Assembly: GCA_048499955.1 (NCBI GenBank)
Contig: JASNYX010000001.1
Coordinates: forward strand, 2,452 to 66,451
Reading direction: 5' to 3'
Length of the DNA stretch: 64,000 bases
From: Patescibacteria group bacterium
GTDB lineage: Bacteria; Patescibacteriota; WWE3; 2-01-FULL-39-13
How positions within the stretch are numbered: position 1 is the stretch's first letter; each line of letters starts with the position of its first letter. Positions 1-11,058 of this stretch are shown here, one piece after another. The notes under the pieces were generated by a model that saw only the letters and a list, made by a program, of their open reading frames with translations, was not told the DNA's origin and made no database searches. The position numbers were made by a program, and so were the translations under genes.

Positions 1-188
1 ATTTCGGAAGAATAGTTGCGGTAGGTCCCGGCAGAAAAACGGATACGGGCGAACTGATAGTTCCGGAAATGAAAGAGGGTGACCTCGTGGTAATTAGCGG
101 AAAATGGGTAGGAGAAAACGTTACCGTAGATGGAGTTGAATATAAAATTGTTTCTAGTTCAGATATTTTAGCGATTGTAAAAAATTAA
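1..188 (+). CDS. groES: Co-chaperonin GroES (5'-truncated by window edge)
   Basis: Frame from nt 3 reads FGRIVAVGPGRKTDTGELIVPEMKEGDLVVISGKWVGENVTVDGVEYKIVSSSDILAIV, with the GxVVAVGPG and DILA motifs. It lies directly upstream of groEL. Confidence 0.95.
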   Translation, partial: FGRIVAVGPGRKTDTGELIVPEMKEGDLVVISGKWVGENVTVDGVEYKIVSSSDILAIVKN

Positions 189-221
189 AAACAATCGCAA
201 ATTTTTGAAAGTTATATACAT

Positions 222-1850
222 ATGGCAAAAAAAATTATTTACGACCAAGAAGCTAGAATCAAACTTAAAAATGGAGTAGATGCAGTTGCAAACGCAGTAG
301 GTGCAACATTAGGTCCGTTAGGTAGAAATGTCGCCATTTCAAAAGAATGGGGCAGTCCGACTTTGACACACGATGGAGTAACAGTCGCCAAAGAAGTCGA
401 ACTTGCTGATCCTTTTGAAAATATGGGTGCCAAGCTTGTAGTTGAAGCCGCTAATAAAACAAACGATGTCGCCGGTGATGGAACAACATCCTCAACTGTT
501 CTTGCGCAAGCAATGGTTGAAGAAGCCCTCAAAAATATAGCAGCAGGTGCAAATCCTATGATTATGCGACGAGGACTTGAAAAAGCTGTAGCAGAACTTG
601 TAGTAGCTATCAAAGAGATGTCCAAGCCTATAAAAACAAAAGAGGAAAAAGCTCAGGTAGCAACAAACTCCGCACAAGATGCAGAAATCGGAAACATAAT
701 AGCGAATGCAATGGAAGAAGTCGGAAACGACGGAATTATTTCGGTCGAAGAAGGCAAAGGTATTTCGATGGAAGAAGCAGAAATCAAAAGCGGATGGGGA
801 TGGGACAATGGATACCTTTCTTCATATTTTGTAACAAACTCCGATAAGATGGAAGCTGAAGTCGAATCACCATACATTCTTATTACGGATAAAAAAATCG
901 AGAACATTCAGGATCTAGTACCGATGCTCGAGAACTTGGTTAAAGTAACTCAAAATCTGGTAATCATTGCAGATGATGTAGGTGGACAAGCTTTAGCTAC
1001 GTTGGTAGTAAATAAACTAAGAGGTACCTTGAAAATTTTAGCGGTTAAAGCACCGGGCTTTGGAGACCGAAGAAAAGCAATGCTTCAAGATATCGCGATT
1101 GTAACCGGTGGTACCGTAATCAGTGAGGATCTTGGTAGAAAGCTGGACTCCATAACAATAGAAGATCTTGGAAGAGCAGACAAAATCACTTCCACTAAAG
1201 ATGAAACACGTATTATCGCCGGAAAAGGTTCTGAAGAATCAATCAAAGACAGAGAATCTCAACTCAGAAGAGAGATCGATGAAACCACAAGTGATTATGA
1301 TAGAGAAAAACTTCAGGAAAGACTCGCTAAACTTGTTGGAGGAGTTGCGATCATCAGAGTCGGTGCTGCAACCGAGTCAGAAATGAAAGAAAAGAAATAT
1401 AGAGTGGAAGATGCGGTTAATGCAACCAAAGCTGCGGTCGCCGAAGGAATAGTCCCCGGAGGAGGAGTTGCTCTACTTAAAGCTAGAAACATACTGAAAG
1501 ATCTTAATCTTGAAGGCGAAGAAAAAATCGGAGCAGATATGCTATACAATGCTCTCGAAATGCCTTTTCGAAAAATCTTAGGAAACGCAGGCTTAGAACC
1601 GGGAAGATACATCAAAGAAGTCGAAGAAAATCTTGATAAAAACATCGGAGTCAACGTGCTTAAGGGTGGAGAACTAGAAGACATGATAAAAGCAGGAGTT
1701 ATTGATCCTGCAAAGGTAACACGAGCCGTCGTTGAAAATGCCGGAAGTGTAACTATTAATATTATGTGTACTTCAGCACTTATTGCTCCGGAAAAAGAAG
1801 ACAAACCTGAACCTGAACATAACCATGGTGCCGGTATGGGAATGATGTAA
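222..1850 (+). CDS. groEL: Chaperonin GroEL
   Basis: 542 aa with [27 protein letters not shown] and [10 protein letters not shown] motifs and a GM-rich tail. Confidence 0.99.
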   Translation: MAKKIIYDQEARIKLKNGVDAVANAVGATLGPLGRNVAISKEWGSPTLTHDGVTVAKEVELADPFENMGAKLVVEAANKTNDVAGDGTTSSTVLAQAMVEEALKNIAAGANPMIMRRGLEKAVAELVVAIKEMSKPIKTKEEKAQVATNSAQDAEIGNIIANAMEEVGNDGIISVEEGKGISMEEAEIKSGWGWDNGYLSSYFVTNSDKMEAEVESPYILITDKKIENIQDLVPMLENLVKVTQNLVIIADDVGGQALATLVVNKLRGTLKILAVKAPGFGDRRKAMLQDIAIVTGGTVISEDLGRKLDSITIEDLGRADKITSTKDETRIIAGKGSEESIKDRESQLRREIDETTSDYDREKLQERLAKLVGGVAIIRVGAATESEMKEKKYRVEDAVNATKAAVAEGIVPGGGVALLKARNILKDLNLEGEEKIGADMLYNALEMPFRKILGNAGLEPGRYIKEVEENLDKNIGVNVLKGGELEDMIKAGVIDPAKVTRAVVENAGSVTINIMCTSALIAPEKEDKPEPEHNHGAGMGMM

Positions 1851-1873
1851 CCTTAACTGCTTCCTTGTAGATC

Positions 1874-1904
1874 AAAAAAAGCCCTCAGTACAGAGGGCTT
1901 TTTT
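1874..1904 (+). terminator. Intrinsic terminator after groEL (bidirectional-type)
   Basis: AAAAAAA-GCCCTC-agtaca-GAGGGC-TTTTTT. Confidence 0.9.
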
Positions 1905-2006
1905 GTTCTTTCAATTAAAAAAGACTAGACAATTTCGAATACTGAATATACACTCTACAGTTCCCTAAAAGAAGATTTATAATGCGTTTCCTGATAAACT
2001 TTTTGT

Positions 2007-3326
2007 ATGAATGAAAATAATTTAACACCCTTGTCTGATAAAAATCCCTTTCCGGAAAATAACCAGAATCAAACTCCGACCAATACGGCAAACAACGGCC
2101 ACTCCGAATCAGAATATGCAGAGAAACAACCTTTAATCAAACCTGGCAAATTGAGGAGGTTAAAAGCGCTAGGAATCGGATTGGCGATCTTTCTTTTTCT
2201 AGGAGTCGTAGCGTTATTCGCAGTTGCATCATTAACTCAAAATTCGCAGATTCCCTTGCCGACAGCTCCGATAGATGATGATACAGAACAAATCGTCGAG
2301 ATGTCGAAAACCCCTCAATTTGCTTATATAAAGAATGGGAAAGAAATATGGGCAGTAGACGTTACCGGTGAGAACAAAATACTTGTACTGGAATTATCGC
2401 CCGTGGAACAAACTTCATTCACCGCATTATCATGGAAATCTCCGGGTAATTTAACCTATACAATATGTCCGGAGCTATCCGGCTCAAACCAAAATTCAAG
2501 CTGCAAAATTAAGACGATAAACCTTGAGAACCGAGCAGTATTTGATGAATTCGAACTAAATGAGCAAATAAAGAAGATGTCTTGGGATATAACCGGTAGG
2601 TATATGGCTATAGTTTCAGAAGATAATGAGAGTACTTACTTCAAGTTGAAAACAGGAACAATAGTTACAACATTAAATCAGTTTTTAAAAATGCCTGATC
2701 CTGCAGGTACAGATTCAAGGGTGTTTTTTACGCCTGATAGTCAGAATGTTATTTTCTCAGCTATTAGTAGGGTAGTCATCGAAAGAACTAACCGTGAAGA
2801 CGAAGTAATCATAACTCCACTTATTAACACTTACCTGCTTAATGGAACAAAGATAGATGAAATTGAGCAAGCAAAAGATCCTTTCTTAATGTCTCCTAAC
2901 CAAATAGGGTATAGGGTTGAAGATCGATTGGTCTATAGAACCCTTGGTGAAAATGAGGACACCGTGATTACCGACCTTAACGGTTTCAGTCCGGCAATTT
3001 CTCCCGATAAAAGCCAAATTGCATACTGGTATGCGGAAGGTAATCTTAATAATGTGATATTAGGAGTTTTTGATGCGAAATTAAATATTCATAGAAATAT
3101 ATTGCGGGGCATAATTCTTCCCCTTTGGTTGGATGATAAAAAAATAGTAGGAATTAAAGCTGATAATTGTGCTTCCAGTAATTGCCAATTGTATCAATTT
3201 CAGACGAACAGCATTTCGATATTCGATCTTTCAAGAGGGAACGTAATACAAATCGATCATGGGAAAAAAATTATAGAACCAACTTTCACTGATTTTTCAG
3301 AAGTAGCTCGTAATCCGTCGGAATAA
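2007..3326 (+). CDS. Membrane-anchored TolB/PD40-like beta-propeller protein
   Basis: Single N-terminal TM helix, then repeated propeller-type motifs (LSWKSPG, MSWDITG, FFTPDS, PAISPDKSQIAY). First gene of the PrgI-VirB4 operon. Confidence 0.7.
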   Translation: MNENNLTPLSDKNPFPENNQNQTPTNTANNGHSESEYAEKQPLIKPGKLRRLKALGIGLAIFLFLGVVALFAVASLTQNSQIPLPTAPIDDDTEQIVEMSKTPQFAYIKNGKEIWAVDVTGENKILVLELSPVEQTSFTALSWKSPGNLTYTICPELSGSNQNSSCKIKTINLENRAVFDEFELNEQIKKMSWDITGRYMAIVSEDNESTYFKLKTGTIVTTLNQFLKMPDPAGTDSRVFFTPDSQNVIFSAISRVVIERTNREDEVIITPLINTYLLNGTKIDEIEQAKDPFLMSPNQIGYRVEDRLVYRTLGENEDTVITDLNGFSPAISPDKSQIAYWYAEGNLNNVILGVFDAKLNIHRNILRGIILPLWLDDKKIVGIKADNCASSNCQLYQFQTNSISIFDLSRGNVIQIDHGKKIIEPTFTDFSEVARNPSE

Positions 3327-3327
3327 A

Positions 3328-5013
3328 ATGCCAATCAAAGAAGATAGTCAAAGTACACTAGATGTTTTAAGTGCAATAGCCGGAGGAACAGGGCGTAAAC
3401 ACCCGGTTCCCCAAAACGTAATGGATGTTGAATTCAAAGTGGTGGGAGATTTGTCTCTGAGGCAAGTAGCCTACGCTTTTGCCGGAGTTGGAGTCGCATA
3501 TTTGTTTTTTAAATCCGGCCTTCCGAACTTTTGGGCTTATTCTTTAGCCATTTTCTCCCTAGTTGCAGGAGCTGCAATTGCGTTCGTACCTTATGAAGAA
3601 AGAACTTTAGATAAATGGCTGGTGTTATTTATTCGAGGAATGTTCAGACCCACTCAAATGATATGGAGAAAAGACGAGTATTCCCCGGCATACTTTCTTG
3701 CTGATTATGCGGATATTATCAAAAATGAGATCATAACCCTAACTCCAACAAAAAGCAGAAACAAACTGGATGACTATCTTGGACGTCTCCCCGACGACCC
3801 CGATAACATGGATATTTATAGTAAGGATAGAGTCCAGGATATCTTCCTACAAGTTGAGAATTTAAATATAGGAGCCGAAGTCGTCACTAATGATAATCTC
3901 ATCTCAATGAGAGCAAAGGAAGACGAGCCCAAATTAAAATTCCCTGATATTCACACAACAAAACCTGTCGTAACTGCTAACCAAGCTTCTGAAATACAAA
4001 CACCTGCACAAACTTTACCTACCACACCAACAGAAACAGCACCTCCCATAAGCCCTAAAGAACCGCAATTGGTAGTACAAGACAAAATTGATAACCAAAC
4101 AAGAAATGCACCCTCAAGCGAACCATATGTACCACCCAACAAAAATGAAATAGTTAACGCAGAAATTGAAACCAAAAAAGAACTCGTTGAGGCACTTAAC
4201 ACTAACTATGTAGAAGTTGTATCTTCCGATCATATTGATAGACCAATAAAAAATTGGCCAACCGAACTCGACTCACAAATTAAAGGTGAATTTAAAATAA
4301 AAACATCTACCAAACTGCCACCGACAATCGTGGCACAAGATATAAAAGTAATTAAGGAACAAGAAGAATCTCTAGAAAAGAAGGTGCATGAGCTACTTGA
4401 GGTTGCAGATAGAGCTAAGAAAGAATTCCAGGGTAAAGGATTTCAAATTGATAATAATTCGAGAATGGAATTCTACAAGAACAAATACCATGAATTAAAG
4501 CAAGAAAAAGAGACACTCACTACGGAAATAAGCAAAAATACGTCAAGAGTAAATATGCTTGAGGGGCATAAACAAAAAGAACCTCTGGAAAAACAGGTAA
4601 ATGAATTAACAGATAGAAACAAAGAACTTGAAGAAAAACTAATGCAAATACAAGAACAACTTTTCAATCTCCAGAAAAAACCCGAAGAAAAACCGGTTAT
4701 CAAAGAACCGGAACCTCCAAAAGATCGTGTTTTAAATACTTCTGATTCTGAAAATATAAATATTATTAGCGGAACTGTAAAAGGTAAATCAGGTGATCTG
4801 ATAGAAAACGCAGTTGTACTGATTAAGGATTTGCAAGGTAATGTTTCCAGGGCTTTGAAAACTAATAAGCTCGGCCAATTTAAAACCCAAACACCAATGC
4901 CTAACGGTTCATACGACATACACATCATAAAAGGCGGTGAAAACTTTGATATAATTCGTGTTGAAGCCGTTGGTGCAGAAATAAGCCCCGTTTATATGAT
5001 TGGAAAGCCTTAA
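3328..5013 (+). CDS. PrgI-family (VirB3-like) membrane protein with coiled coil and C-terminal carboxypeptidase-regulatory-like domain
   Basis: HPVPQNVMDVEFKVVGDLSLRQ followed by two TM helices, as in CPR PrgI proteins. C-terminus has ISGTVK...ALKTNKLGQF. Lies upstream of VirB4. Confidence 0.8.
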   Translation: MPIKEDSQSTLDVLSAIAGGTGRKHPVPQNVMDVEFKVVGDLSLRQVAYAFAGVGVAYLFFKSGLPNFWAYSLAIFSLVAGAAIAFVPYEERTLDKWLVLFIRGMFRPTQMIWRKDEYSPAYFLADYADIIKNEIITLTPTKSRNKLDDYLGRLPDDPDNMDIYSKDRVQDIFLQVENLNIGAEVVTNDNLISMRAKEDEPKLKFPDIHTTKPVVTANQASEIQTPAQTLPTTPTETAPPISPKEPQLVVQDKIDNQTRNAPSSEPYVPPNKNEIVNAEIETKKELVEALNTNYVEVVSSDHIDRPIKNWPTELDSQIKGEFKIKTSTKLPPTIVAQDIKVIKEQEESLEKKVHELLEVADRAKKEFQGKGFQIDNNSRMEFYKNKYHELKQEKETLTTEISKNTSRVNMLEGHKQKEPLEKQVNELTDRNKELEEKLMQIQEQLFNLQKKPEEKPVIKEPEPPKDRVLNTSDSENINIISGTVKGKSGDLIENAVVLIKDLQGNVSRALKTNKLGQFKTQTPMPNGSYDIHIIKGGENFDIIRVEAVGAEISPVYMIGKP

Positions 5014-5019
5014 AATTAG

Positions 5020-5715
5020 ATGCCGAAAATTAACTTATCGACACAAAGCCATCTTGATATAGCACAAATCAAAAATAATATCGTGGTACTGAAAAATGGC
5101 GGAGCTGCAGCGATAATAGAAACCAATGCAATTAACTTCGATTTATTGGCAGTACAAGAACAAGATGCGGCAATTGCGGCGTATAGTTCACTCCTGAATT
5201 CCCTTACTTTTCCTATACAAGTAACAATCAGATCAAAAAAGATGGATATCACAGACTATCTGGAAAGGGTAAAAGAATTCGAGGAAAAACAAACGAACCC
5301 AAAAGTTAAAAGCCAAATACAAATGTACAGATCCTTTATTAAAGATGAACTGGTAACAAAAGAAAATGTATTAGAAAAACGATTTTATGTAACCATACCT
5401 TATAAAACTTTCGATCTCGGAAATTCTTCTAGCCCATTAGGGTTCCTTGAAGGATTTTTGGATTTACAACCCAAGCCGAAAACAAAAATAAACGTTGACC
5501 AGATATTAGAAGAAGCTAAAACCGAGTTGGATCCCAAAGTAATATTTTTAATTAAAGAATTTGGTAGGATAGGTATTAAAGCAAATCAAGTAAAAACTCC
5601 CGATCTTATCAAACTATTTTATGAGATTTATAACAGTGAAACAGCACAGAATCAGAGAATTAAAGGCGACATGGAACACTTTACTTCAACTTTAGTAGAA
5701 CCGAAAATTATTTAA
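5020..5715 (+). CDS. Conserved CPR T4SS-associated protein (TraC/VirB4 N-terminal-like)
   Basis: STQSHLDIAQIK..., AINFDLL..EQDA, LLNSLTFPIQV.IRS motifs. Located between PrgI and VirB4. Confidence 0.7.
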   Translation: MPKINLSTQSHLDIAQIKNNIVVLKNGGAAAIIETNAINFDLLAVQEQDAAIAAYSSLLNSLTFPIQVTIRSKKMDITDYLERVKEFEEKQTNPKVKSQIQMYRSFIKDELVTKENVLEKRFYVTIPYKTFDLGNSSSPLGFLEGFLDLQPKPKTKINVDQILEEAKTELDPKVIFLIKEFGRIGIKANQVKTPDLIKLFYEIYNSETAQNQRIKGDMEHFTSTLVEPKII

Positions 5716-5724
5716 TAGCTTAAT

Positions 5725-7956
5725 ATGAATTTGCCTTTCCTAAAAAAGAAAACTCCAGAAACAACACCCAACACAAACCAACAAAACAATATTGGGGTTT
5801 CAGTGCCGGGTATGGCTACTTCTACTGCCTCATTAGCAAAACAAACTTCGTCGGCGAAACTTCCTGAAACAGCGGAAAAAGCTCTGGCAAAAGGCATACC
5901 AAGCGTTCAGGATATCATTGCTCCGAGTGCAATAGAGGTGGATTATAACTATGTCAAAATCGGTGATAAATACTTTAGAACTTTATTTGTGTCTGCGTAT
6001 CCACGTTTTGTAGGGGCAAACTGGTTAGAGCCTATTATTAACTTTGATCATGCTTGTACGGTTACGATGTTTTACTACCCGATGAATGCCAGGAATGTTT
6101 TAGATGATTTAAGAAGAAAAATCGCTGAAATGGAGGCGACACTGAGCATGGCGAAAGAGCGGGGGAGAGTCGTTGACCCGGCAGTCCAAGCAGCCTTGGG
6201 GGATGCAAAATCTTTACAGGAACAGCTGGTTAAAGGTATCGAAAGGTTTTTCCACTTTTCATTCTATATTACATTGTCAGCACCAACATTAGAGGAACTA
6301 AACAACGTAAGTTATCAAATGGAATCCACACTGGGCTCTCTTTCTTTAATTTCGAAGAAAGCTACTCTGGACATGGAAAACGCTTTTAAATCGACCCTAC
6401 CATTATGTTTGGATAGGCTGAAAGTCATCAGAAATATGGATACTACTTCGGTAGCAACAACATTTCCTTTTACCTCAAGTGAACTTACCGCCAACGAAGG
6501 TATTTTATATGGAATCAACAAACACAATGGATCACTTATTATCTTCGATAGATTTTCACTTGAAAACGCCAACGCTGTAATTTTTGCTAAATCAGGTTCA
6601 GGTAAATCCTACTTCGTTAAACTGGAAGCCCTAAGATCGTTATTATTCGGAACCGGTGTTATCGTACTTGATCCTGAAACAGAATATAAGAAATTGTGCG
6701 AAGCAGTAGGAGGAGATTACATTGATTTCAGTATTAACACAAAAGCAAAAATAAACCCGTTCGAGCTCTCCGTGACGGAAGACAATGAAGATAATTTAAG
6801 TATGAAAATTCTGAGTCTTCATGCTCTTTTGAAAATCATGTTAGGAGACATGTCCAGTGCGGAAGCTGCCGTGCTTGACCGAGCCTTAATTGATACTTAT
6901 CGACTAAAAGGAATTACACAAGATCCGGCCTCACAACAACATAATGAACCACCTCTGATGGAAGACCTTTATAAAACCCTTCAAGTCATGGAAGAACCTG
7001 AATCAAAGGCATTAGCTGCCAGGCTTGAACGATTCGTAAAAGGTTCTCTTGCCGGTATTTTTGACCAAAGATCTAACCTTGATTTAAGTAATGACTTTAC
7101 TGTTTTTTCTATCCGAAACCTACAAGATGTGCTAAGGCCAATTGCAATGTTTATGATACTTGATTTTATTTGGACTAAAGTCAAATACAATCTTAAACGT
7201 CGAATGCTGATTCTCGACGAAGCATGGACTTTAATGCAATATCCTGACTCGGCCGCTTTCGTATATTCATTAGCGAAAAGAGCTAGAAAATACTATCTTG
7301 GGTTAACAACTATCACTCAAGACGTAAATGACTTTTTAAATTCAGACTATGGAAAAGCAGTAGTAACAAACTCTTCTATTCAAGTTCTCTTAAAGCAGCA
7401 TCCTGCTTCGATGGAGGCGCTTACTGAAATTTTCTACCTCTCAGGTGGGGAAAGGAACTTTTTGCTCTCAGCGGGCATTGGAGAGGGCTTATTCTTTGCA
7501 GGAACCAATCACGTTGCTATGTCAGTTAAGGCTTCGAAACAGGAACACGCACTGATAACTACAAATCCTGCAGAAGTTATGAAGATGCAAAAAGATCAGG
7601 ATATTGAAAAGCTAATTCAGCAAAATATAAACAGCAACAATTTGGCAAACATGCAATCGCAAGCTATGAATAATAATTCCCTAAAGATCAACACAGTTCC
7701 CAACGTACAACCCGGAGTACCACCTGTCACAAACAACAATCCTGGCAGCACTGTAATACCGGTAGTAACACCCATTAACCAGGCACCTATAAATACGCCA
7801 ACCAATGTTGGTCAGGTTAATCCTTATGAAAGTAAATCGGTACCACCGAATAATTCTTCGGTACAAATGCCAAACCCGATGGTAGGCGAAGATCAGGAAA
7901 ACAACTACACAAGTGGCACAATAATGCTGAATCCGAATAGAAATAATCAGGAATAA
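5725..7956 (+). CDS. virB4: VirB4-like conjugation/T4SS ATPase
   Basis: Walker A AKSGSGKS, Walker B LILDEAW, RARKY and TQD motifs. Ends in a low-complexity N/Q/P tail. Confidence 0.9.
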   Translation: MNLPFLKKKTPETTPNTNQQNNIGVSVPGMATSTASLAKQTSSAKLPETAEKALAKGIPSVQDIIAPSAIEVDYNYVKIGDKYFRTLFVSAYPRFVGANWLEPIINFDHACTVTMFYYPMNARNVLDDLRRKIAEMEATLSMAKERGRVVDPAVQAALGDAKSLQEQLVKGIERFFHFSFYITLSAPTLEELNNVSYQMESTLGSLSLISKKATLDMENAFKSTLPLCLDRLKVIRNMDTTSVATTFPFTSSELTANEGILYGINKHNGSLIIFDRFSLENANAVIFAKSGSGKSYFVKLEALRSLLFGTGVIVLDPETEYKKLCEAVGGDYIDFSINTKAKINPFELSVTEDNEDNLSMKILSLHALLKIMLGDMSSAEAAVLDRALIDTYRLKGITQDPASQQHNEPPLMEDLYKTLQVMEEPESKALAARLERFVKGSLAGIFDQRSNLDLSNDFTVFSIRNLQDVLRPIAMFMILDFIWTKVKYNLKRRMLILDEAWTLMQYPDSAAFVYSLAKRARKYYLGLTTITQDVNDFLNSDYGKAVVTNSSIQVLLKQHPASMEALTEIFYLSGGERNFLLSAGIGEGLFFAGTNHVAMSVKASKQEHALITTNPAEVMKMQKDQDIEKLIQQNINSNNLANMQSQAMNNNSLKINTVPNVQPGVPPVTNNNPGSTVIPVVTPINQAPINTPTNVGQVNPYESKSVPPNNSSVQMPNPMVGEDQENNYTSGTIMLNPNRNNQE

Positions 7957-7962
7957 ATTTCT

Positions 7963-9072
7963 TTACCAGGAAGCCCTCATAGGCATCACAATATACAGGT
8001 AATCGTCATTTCCTGTAACCTTAAAGGCAGCTGGCTTTAACGGATCGTTAGCTTCAAAAGAAATTTCATCACCTTCCGCATTGCTTACAAGGTCTATCAG
8101 ATACTTTGCATTAAATGCAATTTCAATAGGAGTACCTGTGAATTCTCCTTGGACTTTTATGATGTTACTACCGGACTCAGTAGGTTGAGAGCGAACTTCA
8201 ACAAGATCTGCATTCGCAACCATTTTTACCATGTTGTCCTGATCTTTCGAAAATACACTAGCCAACTTAATGGCATTACTCACTTCCGATTTGGCGATTA
8301 AAACTTTGGTATTAAATTCAGAAGGAATAATTGCTCTATAATCAGGATATTCGCCTTCGATCATTCTAAGTTGAGCCTGCATATCTTTCACCCTAAGATT
8401 CACAACATTTCGGTTATTGTTAATAAACATCTCCACATACTCATTTTCGGAAGAAAAAGATTTTACGATATCAGTAAAGGATCGGGAAGGTACAATGCAG
8501 GAAGACTCAAATCCATAGTCTTTATCTAGCTTAATTTTATACTCCGCCATTCTGAAACCATCCGTCACAGCAAGAGTCATCTGATCCTTCGATATCATGA
8601 TATAAATACCGGTTAATACCGGCCTGCTTTCATTTACACCGGGAACAAATTGAATATGCTGAAGTGCCCTCACCAAATCTTCTGATTTAAGCTTCACATG
8701 ATCGCCCTCTTCTATAACTTCAATATCAGGAAACTCTGATGCGGGTAGTGTAGTAAAGGTGGAAGTTATCTTCTCGGTCTGAACGTGAAATTTACCATCT
8801 GCGACGGAGCAATCGACTTTATCTTCGTTTATCTGACCGATGAAGCTTTGTAATAGTTTAGCGGGTATAGTAGTCTCGCCCGGTTGTTCGATGTTGGCAT
8901 TCGTCCATATTGAAATAGTTACCTGCAAGTCAGAAGCGGTCATTTTAATTTGACCCTCTTCAGTTTTAACCAGAATATTGGATAAAGCAGGGATAGCAAC
9001 TTTAGGGTTAACAGCTTTGTTAACAATGTTTACGCCTTTGTTAAAAGGTCCTCTAATAATGCTGAATTTCAT
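7963..9072 (-). CDS. dnaN: DNA polymerase III beta sliding clamp
   Basis: SRPVLTGI, TDGFRM, IEGEYPDY, IAFNAKYL and C-terminal IVMPMR motifs. Confidence 0.97.
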   Translation of the reverse strand: MKFSIIRGPFNKGVNIVNKAVNPKVAIPALSNILVKTEEGQIKMTASDLQVTISIWTNANIEQPGETTIPAKLLQSFIGQINEDKVDCSVADGKFHVQTEKITSTFTTLPASEFPDIEVIEEGDHVKLKSEDLVRALQHIQFVPGVNESRPVLTGIYIMISKDQMTLAVTDGFRMAEYKIKLDKDYGFESSCIVPSRSFTDIVKSFSSENEYVEMFINNNRNVVNLRVKDMQAQLRMIEGEYPDYRAIIPSEFNTKVLIAKSEVSNAIKLASVFSKDQDNMVKMVANADLVEVRSQPTESGSNIIKVQGEFTGTPIEIAFNAKYLIDLVSNAEGDEISFEANDPLKPAAFKVTGNDDYLYIVMPMRASW

Positions 9073-9084
9073 ATGTAAATAGAA

Positions 9085-9585
9085 TTACTGAGAATCCACA
9101 CTGATATCCGCACCTGAGTCATTTTCCGAATCCATGGAAATTATAACTTTCCTGTTAGGGCCGTCACCTTCAGAATATGACCTGACCCCTTCGATGGCGT
9201 TGACTACTTCATGCACAATTTTGCGTTCATAACTGCTCATCGGATATAGACTAACGGATTTATTAAGTTCTTTAGCTTTTGAGGCAGCATTCGAAGCCAT
9301 TTCCCTCAATTTTGTTTCCTTATTTTTTCTGTAATTGCTAACATCAATAACTATGGGAGCATGCTCGCCAAGTTCTTTGGATAGAAAAATGTTAATAAGA
9401 AACTGTAAGGAATTTAATGTATGTCCATGATAACCGACTAAAAGGCTATCACTTGTGGTTCTCAAATTAAAATAGAGCTTTTCTTCTGTCGGATGTTCCA
9501 CTTCAGAGGAATACTCAATGTCCAGATATCCTAAAATTTCTGAAAGAAGTTCTTTAACTCGCTGTTCCAGGTTTTGATTTTCCAT
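9085..9585 (-). CDS. jag: Jag/KhpB RNA-binding protein (KH + R3H)
   Basis: LLVGYHGHTLNSLQ (KH) and MSSYERKIVH (R3H). Follows yidC. Confidence 0.9.
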   Translation of the reverse strand: MENQNLEQRVKELLSEILGYLDIEYSSEVEHPTEEKLYFNLRTTSDSLLVGYHGHTLNSLQFLINIFLSKELGEHAPIVIDVSNYRKNKETKLREMASNAASKAKELNKSVSLYPMSSYERKIVHEVVNAIEGVRSYSEGDGPNRKVIISMDSENDSGADISVDSQ

Positions 9586-10336
9586 AATAATTCAAATATA
9601 AGTACTGAAGTGCAGTCAAAACTGTAGACACAAGCCAATACCAAACTAAACCAGCGGGAAGACTAATGCCAATAACTAAAGTTAAAATCGGCATAGTATA
9701 CAACATTTGTTCTTGCATATTATACATAATGTCGTCAACCTTGTCAGGCGTGTTTTCTGCGACTTTCTCTACTTTTTTGGTTGCAGGAGCCATTAATCTG
9801 GATAAATAAAACTGGGCAGCCGCAGCTAAGACCGGTAAAACGTAGTTAGGTCGTGCCAAATCTATGTTGAATAAATTAGTATTTAACTGCTGATCGGGTT
9901 GAAACTTGAGATAATCCCAATTATAAAGCATCGAATTTATCGTATCCAACATTACCTGGTGATCCTGAAAGAGCGTGTTAAAAATGCTGTATAAGGGTGC
10001 CAAAATGAAAATAAAAGTGAACAGCTGAGGCAAACAACCGGACGCAGGATTTATGCCTTCCTGCTTATAAAGCTCCATCTGTTTTTGAGCAAGTTTCTGC
10101 TTGTCATCTTTATATTTTGCCTTCAGTTCATCAAATTTGGGTTTAAGCTCCCTTTGTTTCTTAGCAATCTCATAGGAGTTTTTTGTCATAGGGTAGGTGA
10201 CAACTTTCACAAGCAATGTGACAGCTAAAATAGCGAGTGCCATATTATCAGAACAAAGGTGATAAAAGAAAACCAGAAGGTTGAAGAGAGGATAATATAT
10301 TATGTTGTTCCAAAGGAAAACGATGGGATTTGCCAT
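9554..10336 (-). CDS. yidC: Membrane protein insertase YidC/Oxa1
   Basis: QMELYKQEGINPASGCLP and LPAGLVWYW motifs, multiple TM helices, conserved operon position. Confidence 0.95.
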   Translation of the reverse strand: MANPIVFLWNNIIYYPLFNLLVFFYHLCSDNMALAILAVTLLVKVVTYPMTKNSYEIAKKQRELKPKFDELKAKYKDDKQKLAQKQMELYKQEGINPASGCLPQLFTFIFILAPLYSIFNTLFQDHQVMLDTINSMLYNWDYLKFQPDQQLNTNLFNIDLARPNYVLPVLAAAAQFYLSRLMAPATKKVEKVAENTPDKVDDIMYNMQEQMLYTMPILTLVIGISLPAGLVWYWLVSTVLTALQYLYLNYYGKSKPGTAS

Positions 10337-10349
10337 AAATACTACTAAA

Positions 10350-10583
10350 TTATCTCACTGGATCATAACCGCCTTTTGACAAGGGATTGCATCTTAATAT
10401 TCTCCAGAAGCCTAAAAATGACCCTTTAAAAAGTCCGTACTTATCAATTGCCTCATATGTATACTGGGAACAATACGGCTCAAATTTACAAACCCTGATA
10501 CCTAAACCTTTTAGGATTCCTTGATCAAGCGACAGCCATTTTTGGTAGAAGCGTATTAATTTCAGAGCTAATATCTTTAGCAT
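10350..10583 (-). CDS. yidD: Membrane protein insertion efficiency factor YidD
   Basis: [10 protein letters not shown]...[16 protein letters not shown]. Confidence 0.95.
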   Translation of the reverse strand: MLKILALKLIRFYQKWLSLDQGILKGLGIRVCKFEPYCSQYTYEAIDKYGLFKGSFLGFWRILRCNPLSKGGYDPVR

Positions 10584-10878
10584 TGAGACTTATTTTACCA
10601 CTAAAACCTAAGAGGTTTTTCTTAGGAATAAACACATATCGACCATCAGGAAAATAGTTTAAATTCTCACGAATGGCTTCGGAAATTATTCTTTTCGCCT
10701 TACTTTTAATGACCGCCTTCTTATTGAACTTACTAGATACGATAATCCCAAATTGCTTGCCTCCCTCGGAATGTCTATATGACTTCACCATTAAGTTAGG
10801 AGTATAGAAAGTTTCACCGTTCTGCAAAACTGCCTTGAAGTTATATTTTCCTTTGAGACTAAATTTACGTTGCAACAA
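10525..10878 (-). CDS. rnpA: RNase P protein component
   Basis: [21 protein letters not shown] (divergent RNR motif). Located between rpmH and yidD. Confidence 0.85.
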   Translation of the reverse strand: MLQRKFSLKGKYNFKAVLQNGETFYTPNLMVKSYRHSEGGKQFGIIVSSKFNKKAVIKSKAKRIISEAIRENLNYFPDGRYVFIPKKNLLGFSGKISLNAKDISSEINTLLPKMAVA

Positions 10879-10902
10879 GGTATTATCCTAGGAAGTTCTA
10901 TA

Positions 10903-11058
10903 TTAATCTTGACGGCCTCTATTAATGGCCAAACGTTTTCGTCCTTTATATCGGCGTCTTTTCAACACATTTCGGCCATCTTTTGAGGACATTCGTTTTA
11001 GGAAACCATGCTTTCTGTTTCCTTTTTTCTTTTTTGGTTGCCAGGTTCTTTTAGGCAT
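10903..11058 (-). CDS. rpmH: 50S ribosomal protein L34
   Basis: Manual translation gives [51 protein letters not shown]. Too short for the ORF track. Confidence 0.95.
   Translation of the reverse strand: MPKRTWQPKKKKGNRKHGFLKRMSSKDGRNVLKRRRYKGRKRLAINRGRQD

Noticed and set aside
239-1804. Several antisense or alternate-frame ORFs over groEL, and similar ones over other long genes
   Set aside because: Shadow ORFs lying within confident genes, with no motifs.
2007-7956. ICE or conjugative element call for the PrgI-VirB4 block
   Set aside because: No relaxase, integrase or att sites, and it sits among core genes as is usual for the CPR chromosomal T4SS.
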